DNA from: an uncultured virus (IMG/VR IMGVR_UViG_3300005461_000343)
Lineage: Duplodnaviria > Heunggongvirae > Uroviricota > Caudoviricetes
IMG/VR virus record: IMGVR_UViG_3300005461_000343
DNA length: 20,000 nt
Reading direction: 5' to 3' (one strand)
Shown: piece after piece, positions 1-10,100 of the stretch
Layout: every line of letters begins with the position of its first letter
Numbering within the stretch: the first letter of the stretch is position 1
Notes under the pieces: model-generated
What the model was told of the DNA's origin: nothing
The model's input: only the letters and a program-made list of their open reading frames with translations
Databases searched by the model: none
Translations under genes and position numbers: made by a program

Positions 1-596
1 TAGCTTACCATGCTAATTTATTCAATATTAATAACCATAATACAGACACAATAAATCCTACACAAAAGATTGATGATTATGTTGAAGAGGTTGCGCCTAT
101 AGTTGAAGAAGTTGAAGATTCAAATATATATAAGAATAATCATCTTATGAATGGAGATTCTCCATTTACTGAATACTTTGGAATTAATTCGTATGATGAT
201 AGCCAAGATAATTATATAACGGTAAATAATGGAAGTGATCAAGACGCTGTTGTTATATTAAAAAATATAACTAGTAAAAAGATAATTAGGAATGTATATA
301 TTAACAAACACACATCTTATGATATAAGAAATATTCCAGAAGGTATTTATGAGATGAAATGTGTTTATGGTAATGACTGGAATCCTAATTTATTATTCAA
401 TGGAATGAAGTTAGGAATGTTTCAATCAAATGTACATTACTCTTCACAAGCCAACTATAAAGACTATTTTAATATGTTTTCAGAGAGAACAGAAAATGGA
501 ATTTCTATTCCATACTATGAAGTAACTCTTCATAAAGTGTCTAATGGCAACATGAGAACAAAAAAAATTAACCAATCTGACTTTTTTGAAAAATAA
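1..596 (+). CDS. 5'-truncated hypothetical protein; beta-rich C-terminal domain resembling those of Bacteroidota membrane-anchored (often J-domain) proteins
   Basis: The frame of ORF 147..596 is open back to position 3 (AYHANLFNINNHNTDTINPTQKIDDYVEEVAPIVEEVEDSNIYKNNHL-MNGDSPF), so the true start lies outside the window. Motifs NGSDQDAVV, GNDWN and YEVTLHKVSNGN; the family resemblance is from memory only. Very AT-rich. Confidence 0.7.
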   Translation, partial: AYHANLFNINNHNTDTINPTQKIDDYVEEVAPIVEEVEDSNIYKNNHLMNGDSPFTEYFGINSYDDSQDNYITVNNGSDQDAVVILKNITSKKIIRNVYINKHTSYDIRNIPEGIYEMKCVYGNDWNPNLLFNGMKLGMFQSNVHYSSQANYKDYFNMFSERTENGISIPYYEVTLHKVSNGNMRTKKINQSDFFEK

Positions 597-598
597 AT

Positions 599-1075
599 AT
601 GGAAGATTTTTTAAACAGCATGACTATCCTTTCATCGGCGATATTAGTCTATATATTCAATCGAGATATTATTTTAAAAAAGATATTATGGAAAGAAAAA
701 TTCGAGCCTAGGAAACCTAATGGAAAAGGGAAAAACATCTATTTGTATGACGCAAGGATTTTAGGAGTAATTCTTGAAGGGATTAGATTCAGAGAATCAA
801 CAACAGCATACGGCATATCAGAAGTAAGATACCGTTTTCTAATGTTCCTTGGTATTTTCTTAATTCCTATTGGATGTTATCGTGTTATAGAGAAAAAAAC
901 CATAAAAACCGGATATAAAGAATATACGACACAGTTTATGATACTAGGTACAGAATCATGGAATTTACTTGAAATTATATCCATATATATTTTTAGGTTA
1001 AGCACTTTGATAATATTCATATTCTCTATTATATCGATAGTAGCATTTATTGGCTTGATCAGTGAATATATTTAA
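599..1075 (+). CDS. Hypothetical membrane protein, 158 aa
   Basis: Starts 2 nt after the upstream stop; hydrophobic segments ILSSAILVYIF, FLMFLGIFLIPIGCY and LIIFIFSIISIVAFIGLI; AT-rich. Confidence 0.75.
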   Translation: MEDFLNSMTILSSAILVYIFNRDIILKKILWKEKFEPRKPNGKGKNIYLYDARILGVILEGIRFRESTTAYGISEVRYRFLMFLGIFLIPIGCYRVIEKKTIKTGYKEYTTQFMILGTESWNLLEIISIYIFRLSTLIIFIFSIISIVAFIGLISEYI

Positions 1076-1079
1076 AATG

Positions 1080-1115
1080 TAAAAAGATAGCGGGTGACAC
1101 CAACGCCACCCGCCA
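1080..1115 (-). terminator. Intrinsic terminator of the giant-gene operon
   Basis: Minus strand reads TGGCGGGTGGCG-TTGG-TGTCACCCGCTA-TCTTTTT: a 12-bp stem with three G-U pairs followed by a U tract, 6 nt past the TAG at 1122, between convergent genes. Confidence 0.8.
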
Positions 1116-1121
1116 CTTTAC

Positions 1122-4100
1122 CTATTCACCATTAGCTATCTCATTCATCATAGCTTTCAAATCGTATAACTCCATTTCCAATCTTTCATCATCTACCTTC
1201 TTCAAATACTCACCCATTGATTGATACAATTTGTTAAGATTATTAAACTCTACATATCCACGATATTCATCGCTCATCATAAGATCATTCAATTTTTTCT
1301 GATACTCTGCTATATCAAAACTATCGTTCTGTGGATTAGACAATTCTTTACGATATCCTCTCAATCTTTGTCCGATCTTATCCATTTCTTCCAAATTCTC
1401 ATAATAAGCGTTATCTATGGCTTTCTTTTTCGTCCGCTCATCACCACTTTTTATAAGACGGTTCCCTACAGGGATATTCCTCCAGTCAAAATCACGACTA
1501 CCCCAAGCGGTTTCAGCGGATTTGACCATCTGGGAACGCGTAGCCTCAATACCTCCGAAATAGCCGTCCAATATATGTTCTATAATGGCAGGGTTTAGGT
1601 TAACGGTACCTGTAGTGTATTTATCTCCTCCGGTTAGTTCATTGGCATATTTAGTCATTGCCAATATAGCGGGATCCACGCTCTTAAAAGCCTTTGTCCA
1701 TTCCGGCATACCCTTGTTGAAGTCGTTATCCTTATATAAAGGCAAACCTGTCCAATCCTTGTTATCTCCGGCCTCAATCAATGGCTTTACCGAGCTTGGG
1801 ACGAAAGCGGAGAATCCTCCACCTCCCTCCATCATGTCCAAAGGAAGAACCTGTGACATTTGCTCCGCTATCTTCATGGCCATCTTTTTATCGGTATACT
1901 TCTCCTTTCCGGAAACTATTCCAGAAGACATTTCTCCTAGTCCATATATAGCCCTTAACTCTATGGGCATAGGAATTGTAATCCAATTTCCTCCACCGTT
2001 ACGGAAACAGATATTATTACGTCTCACGTATTCCGGAAGATCGTAGTAATCATCATCTTCATCATCCCCAAAAGCGGCAGCGATCATAGGCATGATAGTG
2101 CCAAGTAAATAGAAAGAGGACGCTAACCCCAAGAATTTCTTGGGATTATCCTTGGCCAGCCTTCCGAAATTATACATACCTTGTACACCAGCGTTCCAAA
2201 ACACATACATGGATCTTGACAATCCAGACGTGAAAGCGCTAGCGTTACCTATCTTGGTTTGCCCCTCAGTATTCAATAATTTCGAACCCGCCCCTTTCTT
2301 ATTGAAGTTTACGGATATCTCCTTAGCGTCATAAATGGATTTATCCATGCTTCGCCCCATTTCTCTAGAAGTAAGGAACGCAGCGAACCTAGCGCAATTC
2401 TCCACGCTCTTATTGAACAAGTCCATCCATTCGCCTAGTATTTTCAAAGCCTTTCCTATAGATACCTTTTGCTTGGAGTATTGAAGTTCTTTTTGGATCG
2501 CCTTCTTCTTGGCTTCCACGTCTCTCAAATTGGTGTATCCGGTCTCTCCTCCTCTCATTACAAAATCATGGTATGCCTTATTCAAGGGATCGATCATATC
2601 CAACGTACCGTTCTCATACCCCTTGACCAGACGATACATATTGATCGGGTTTACCTTAGCGAAATTCTTATTGAACTTCCAAGCGTAAACAGGACTTTCC
2701 TTGACCCATACGGTAGTATTCGAATAAAGCGCGTCACGAAGGAAATTACTTACCATGAAATTAGGGTTACGTGTCGTGAAGTTAGCCGCCAAGTTACGGT
2801 TCAGCCATCCGGCGTATCTCTCCACGGTACCGAACCATCCTTTCGTATTATCCGGGTTTGTAAGCCCGTTCAACGCTTGAGCGGCCCTTGGATTTCCGTT
2901 TATGGTAAGCACGTATTCTTTGCCGGCTCTCTTTACGATCACTTGATGCTCCTTCAAGTCCTTTGGCAATATCTTGTAAGGTATCCCTATAGCATCCCTT
3001 GAACGCCTGACATTAGATCCTTTTTCATTGGATAGCTCCTCCATGCGTTTGTTGAAAGATTCCACGATAGACTCCACCTGTTCCGGATTGGCGTTAGATG
3101 GTATATCCGGGAAAACGGCAATCCACTCACCGGAAGCCTCGTCAAGACGAACCCACATTTCGCTTACGCTCACGAGATCCGTCTTATGATTTTGTACCAT
3201 TGTCAAAAACTTTTGCTTCATCAAGTTCCTATTCCCTTGCATGATTCCACTCTCTGCCATATTAGCGATCGTCGCTATAGGATCGTCAGCCTTGCTCTTT
3301 CGCCCAACGACAGTCTTTATAGGGGCGTTGAACGTCTGGCTTTCGGATGTAAGATAAGCGTAAACCTCATCTGCCGTAGTTTCCTCCCATCCACGCAAAG
3401 GCACATAGAACTGATACATATCGCTGATCGACTCAAACGTATTTTGGCTCATAAGCCCGCTATCCCGTTGCTTTGCCAATATAGCGTCAGTGGCTCTTTT
3501 GACAGAGGCCGATAATTCCGATGTATCATATCTTGACTCGTAATCCAATACGTATCTCCTTGCGGAATCCAGATCATACCCCGTGTTATTCTCGTTAGGA
3601 TACATGGACGTGAATCCGCTGAAATCATCAGAAAGATTAGCTCCGTATTCCTCGGCAAGCCTATCCATTTCTGATTGCTGCTCTTCCCAAGACCTACCGT
3701 TCTCACGTATCTCATTCCTTCTCCCGATATACTCGTCAAGCAGGGATTTATATGTTTCCGAGTTTTGTGACAACGCTCGTTTAACGGCCATTTCCCTGTT
3801 ACGCTCAATACCATGCTTGGTTATAAGGTAATCCCTTATCTCATCAATGGTGGATCCCATCTTTTCCAATCGTGACATCGCTTTTAAGATAGGCTCGAAA
3901 GCCGCTTTTCTATAAGCGTTGAACTCCGCTTCATTAACAGAGGAAAGGGCATTCTCGGCCATATAAGCGTTCTCATAATCCAATAGACGACTCCTCGTTG
4001 CCTTTGCCACGGCATCCTGCAATGTTTTAAGCCCTAGCATAGAATCCTGAAACGCCTCCTGAAATTGATAGGACGATGTAGATAGGGTACGCTCATATTG

Positions 4101-7100
4101 ATCTTTGGCGGAACCTACCTGTTTCTCTACTACTTGGATATCATTATCAGCGAACAATACCGACTCATTCCGCGCGTTCTCCCTAAAACGGATTGTTTTC
4201 TCTGCGAAAGCGAAATCATCCGTCTTTTCCCTTACGCTTTCTCCAACGCCTCTACCCTTGTTTTCAGATTCTGCACGTCCGATGACAGTCCGATCACCGC
4301 CGATTCCATCCCGGACACTTCCGCTCCTATCGCCTGTATCTCCTCCGTCAAGTTGGTCTCCATCGTTGTCAACTTTTCCATCAATCTCCCTTCCATTTCG
4401 GTCAATTGCGTTTTCAGTTCCGTCAATAGCGTTTTCAACTCCCCTTGGTTTGTCGATATGGTCTCGTTCACTTTCGTTTCCGTTCTCATCAACGCCATCG
4501 ATTGTCTCGAGTTCCCTTCCAGTACCTTTTGTTTCAGAAGGTTGTTTTCCTTTTTCAGGTTCAATATCTCTTGCGATTGATCCATTTTCGTTCAAATTTA
4601 TATTGTTAAGACTTAATCTATTTCTCATCACGATATCCTCGGCTACATCCATCAAGTTTCCTTGCTCCAAGTTCTTATAGCTTCTCCAGAGAATATAACG
4701 GAGGTCATTATCCGATAACTTGAAATCAAGACTAATACCTGCCTTTCTCAACATATCAAGAAAAGCGTCCTTGATCTTTTCCCATAACGAACGCTCGGCC
4801 TTGTTATCGAAACCACGTTCCGCTAATTCAGCGAGGTATTCCTCTGTAGCCTCACGCAAGTTAAGAGGATTGCCTTTAGTCCGGTCAATGATATTTTTCC
4901 GGATATCCTCGTTGGCGTTCCGATACACGTTATCAAGGAAAGTATCGAAATCGTCCCCGAATAGCTCACGTAACCCGTGATGCCCTACCACCTCATGAAG
5001 GAAAGTCCTTTGAGCGTCACCTACGGACGTGGAATTAGGTGATACTATGACTATCTCCCCGGTAGAAGTATCATACCAGCCTTTGGAATCTCTCTTACGG
5101 GCCAACATATTCTCATCCGTATCGGTTATATCGTCCACGTCATGGATTACCCTGACAGGGATATTAAACTTGTTTGACCAATCGTTGATTGAGGATTCAA
5201 TAGAACTTACATTATCCTGATTATTAGTTGTATCTACTCCCATGAATCGAAATCGAGTCTCTCCTTCCTCTTTTACCAACGTACCATCAACGTCAAGAGT
5301 TGATTCTAACTGAATATCCTCAGCTTTAGCTTTTTCAACTAATTGTCTCTGCAGATCATTAACCTCTGCCTGAGCCGCATTAAGTTCATCCTCTTTTCCC
5401 CACGGTTTCTTAACGGCTTCCTCTAATCCCGCTATCTTGTTTTCCTCTGCCTTTATTTTAGTGGCTATATCTGAGACGGATTTAGCGGGAATCCCCAACT
5501 GCCTGTCAATGCTAGCCATCAAACCCCTGCCGCCGCTAAAATCACGATTCTCAACCAGTTTTTCCTTTCCTAAATATAAACTATAGACCATCATTCCTTC
5601 ATTGAAATGCACGATTGCCTCGCCTTTTCCTCCATTGAGACTGATTTTCAGAGGAGGGGTGTTTCTGTCAAGCGTATATCTATCATAGTAATCATCAATA
5701 ATGGGCGTAAGCTCATTCGATATACCATCGCTGAAAGTATTGCCTTTAACAGTCACGGACTCAACCCCATCAGGGAAGTTCTCTTTTACGATATTGGCGT
5801 TCCTTTCCATGATATCCTTCCGGCTGTTGTATTCTTGTATCCTAAGTTTGGAGTTAGATATAGAGCCACGCATGGAAGACTTACTGTTAAGATCGCTCCT
5901 CTTGGAGTTTTGCAATTTCTTTAACTTGTTCTGTGCCACAAACAGCAGTTGGGCGGTCTTATCTCCTGATAACGTCGCCGCCATCTCACTAAATGTCATT
6001 CCAGACGGATCACTATCGTCTTGCTCCTCCATTACACGAGACGATATATCGCCTTTCATCATTTGGTTGATGAAGTTTTGTTTTATACGAAGCCTGTCAT
6101 AGGCGGTAGCGTCAAGGGTACCTTTAACGCCATATGTGACGATGTTCACCGGTTTATCCCATGTGGCGTATAAGTTTCCTTGTCGTAAGATACGACCGTT
6201 GCGTTGCTCAAAATCCATAGGCCTGATTGGAGCGTCAATATGATGCAGGGCGAATAGACGATCTTGCACGTTGACACCCACTCCCATTTTCTCCGTGCTT
6301 CCAATAAGAATGCGCACATCCCCATTACGGACCTTATCGAACAAGGCGTTTCTCCTTTCTCCCTCATAATTGCCAACGATAGCTATCTGATTAGATGGAA
6401 TACCTCCCTTGATAAGCTTTTCCTTTATATCATTGTACAAATTAAACTGAGGAACAGATAAATCGACATCGAATAAATCCATTTTTGGAGTCTCAGAAGG
6501 GGATTGATAACTATCGCAGAATATAAGTTGCGTGCCCTTGTCCTTATCGCTCTCCTTATATAATCTCAACACGTTATCGACCACCTTGTTTGTCTTGCTA
6601 TCAGGATTGTCGGGAAATGTAGGATTAAGCAAGCGAAGGTCAATCGCAGCCTGTTTAGCCTTGCTGAACACGACCAAGGGTAGTGCGCTCTTATCCTTCT
6701 TCTCTTTTCCTGTCAATTTGTTATAATCCTCTAATTCCTTGATAAGGGTTTGCATGATATCCTCCAAGTCCTCGTTCTTCTCGACAACGACATTGGTCAT
6801 CTTATTGTCTTTCAACTTAGGGATATTCTTGTCTTCCTTGAACTCCTTGACATCCTCAGTCAAGACAACGTCCGTATGGCTCCTGAACGCCTTTATAAGC
6901 TCCGGGACATTCGTATAGCTCTTGAACCTCTCGGCTATCTTAAAGTTACCGGTAGCGGTAAACTCCAATGACGGCTCAACCGTTCCAAAAGTGGTAGCGA
7001 ACTCGTCAAAGCTATTGATATTATATGCGTCTAGGATATCGGGTGCCACGAAATTCATCATAGTCCAGACCTCTGCCATTGTATTAGTGATAGGGGTACC

Positions 7101-10100
7101 GGTTGCCAGAACCACGTTTCGACCACCATTATTCTCAGATATCCATTGGGCTTTTAGCAACATACTATTAGCTCTTTGTGACGCGCTCGTATCGATACCT
7201 TTAACGTTCGACATCTTGCTTGGAAACCCGATCTTCTTATAATTATGCGCCTCGTCAATAAACAAAGCGTCAACACCCATTTGCTCAAACGTCATGACAT
7301 TATCAGTCCGCCTGTCAAGAATACGCTCCGTCTTGGCCGTGATAGTCTCCGCAGTCTTTGCCTTGCCCTTTACGTTTTTCCCTTTCTTTATACCTTCCAG
7401 AGAATCACGCATACTTTTGGCCTCCCTTTTCAATCTCTCCTGTAAAGCCTTGTCTTCTATGCGATCGATAGCTTCCTCAAAATCATCTATACGCTTTTGG
7501 ATATATGCCTTTTTCCTTTCCTCGCTATCCGGGATAAATGCCATAAATGACTGTGGGACAACGATAGCGTCAAAATCTCCGGTAGCTATAAGATTGAACA
7601 GCCTTGTCCTATTATCGGCATTACGCTCCTCCTTTGTCGGAGATAGAATCTTAGCGGAAGGATACAGTTTATAAAAGTCACGGACGAAATCCTCTAGGGT
7701 AGCGTTTTGGACAACGATCATGGGTTTCTTCGCTATACCTAGCCGTCTCATTTCCATAGCGGACGTAATCATGGTAAAGGTCTTTCCCGTACCGACTTGG
7801 TGAGCGAGTAACGTGCTCTCGGATAGACAACGTTGCACCGCCTTGCTCTGGTGATCCCTAAGCGTTATATTCTTATTAGCGTTAGGATAATGCTCAAAAA
7901 CCGGTTTGTCATACTTTTTTAGTACATAGTTGTTGTATTTATCATTATACACGTCCTCAATACGACCATGGAACATCGTTTTAGAATCAATATACTCCAC
8001 GAACTTATCGGACATGTCGGATATTTTCTCGGCAACGGCCTGTGTCTCCTGCTCGTTTACGACCCTTCTCGTTTTCTGCTTACCGTCCTCATAATATTTA
8101 ATCTCGTCATAAACCTTGGGTTTACGTTGGTTAAGAGCGGCCTTGAACACGTCTATAGCGTCCATTCTCTCAGTCTTGAATTGACCGGCTTTAGCGTAAT
8201 CGGTTATGAACGCCCTCTTATCAAGAATATACTCACCGATCTCTGGGATAAAATTAGCGTTAGCGTAAGATATACCCAGTACATTATCAGCGAAATTATT
8301 TATAAACTCAGACGGGATCCATGTAGTCCCCAGTCGATAACTTATCTCACCATAGGGTATACGTTCTGGCTGTACGGCTTCCAAGTCATCCACGTTTTTT
8401 TGAAACTCCGGATGATCTTCCAAGGCCGCCTTAGCCTCTACCAACTTATCTTTTACGTTTCCAGAGAGATATTCGCTCTTATCTATTATATTGCCGGTAA
8501 CAGGATCCCTATAAGCAATTCCCTTCTCTAGTATCTCGTTTGTCACGTTCACCTCATCCATACCCGTTATCTCCGAGATATAAGGTATATCAATATTACC
8601 TTTATATGACTTGCTTATATTGACGGCATCCAAGACATTATCCGCTTTTGTCGGTAGCTCGAATGGATAACTTACACGCTTATTCAAGATACCATCCGCT
8701 TTCGAGACTTCCCATACCATAGATTTTCCGGTCGTGGAAGGTACCCTTCTAACGGTTTCCAAAGAGAAGGGTAATCCATGCTCAACATCCTCGGCGAAAA
8801 TATCGTCCAAAGCCTTGTTCCTGTTAAGTGTCCCATATTTGGACACGAAAGCATCATATACTTTGTTTAGCCTTTTCCTCGCGGGCTCGGGGTCCACACC
8901 CTTTGTTTGCTCATCATGGATAAGATCGTATAGATTTTTCTTTATATCATTGTAATCATTTACCGCATCCGCTATTTTCCGGGTCTTACCATTATGAACG
9001 AACGTAGGATTTGCCTTAATCGGTTTTAACGACTCTCCATCTAAAACAAAGACATTGCCATTCTGGACGGTAATAGTACCATCTTTCAAAGTGGAGTCAC
9101 CCACAACCTCCGGCCCTTTAGTCTCTACAACACCTGATAGGATATTCTTTGGTAAGTTATCAATAGCGTTAAATAGCTCCTTGCTTAAATCGGCCCCGGG
9201 TTTGGCTTTCAATGTCTGGGACGCTCCACTATATAGACCTCCGCTACCAGCGTCATAAGCAGTCATCATATCACCTAACATCATATCGGGATGATTGGAG
9301 AAATACTCGTTAACCATGATAGGCTTGCTCCTTTTATCCCCGTCCTCCATATAAGTTCCTTCACCTATTTGCGTTGTAGTAGCGAACCCTATCCCATTCG
9401 AAGGTTCCCCATACTTTCTTTTACGGAATATAACGATGTCGGCCGTGACACTCGTGCCGGCCCCTTTCTGGAAAGCGTCATTAGGCAATCGAATAGCTCC
9501 GACCAGATCATAACCGTTTCCACTCACGTACTCACGGAACTTACTATCGGCCCCATCCATCGTAGCCGAGGACGTGACGAATACGCCGAGACCACCTTCT
9601 TTCAATTCCAGAAGCCCCTTTAGGATAAAATAATTATGGAGATTATAAGAGGAACCAAGTTTCTTCCTGAATTGCTTATCTAAAACCTTATCATATGGAG
9701 CGTTTTTCCCGAATGGGACGTTGGTGATAACTAAGTCTTTCGAGTTTGGAGAAAACGCTTTCTCATATCCCTGCACCTTTATATTAGCGTCAGGATATAA
9801 GGCCTTTGCCATACGACCGGACAAACTATCTATCTCGAACCCACTTATACTTGAGTTTTCAGATATAGACCTAGGCATCATACCGATTATGTTACCTATA
9901 CCCATGGCGGGTTCACTGATATTGCCGCCCTTGAATCCAAGTTTCTCCGTTATTCCCCATAAGCTTTCCACGACCTCGGACGGGGTATAATGAGAGGTTG
10001 TCGTGGAACGGACGGCACTGTCGAACTCTTCTTTACTTAATAAGGATTTTAGTTTCTCGTAATAACGTAGATACTTATCATTCCAATTTCGATCCTTAGT

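Noticed and set aside
3449..3814. 121-aa +1-frame ORF in the giant gene
   Set aside because: Overlaps ordered host sequence, has a random C/W/P/R-rich composition and lacks an A-rich start context; it serves as a contrast to nested genes A-C.
6146..6376. 76-aa +1-frame ORF
   Set aside because: Overlies conserved helicase motifs V-VI and has shadow-like composition.
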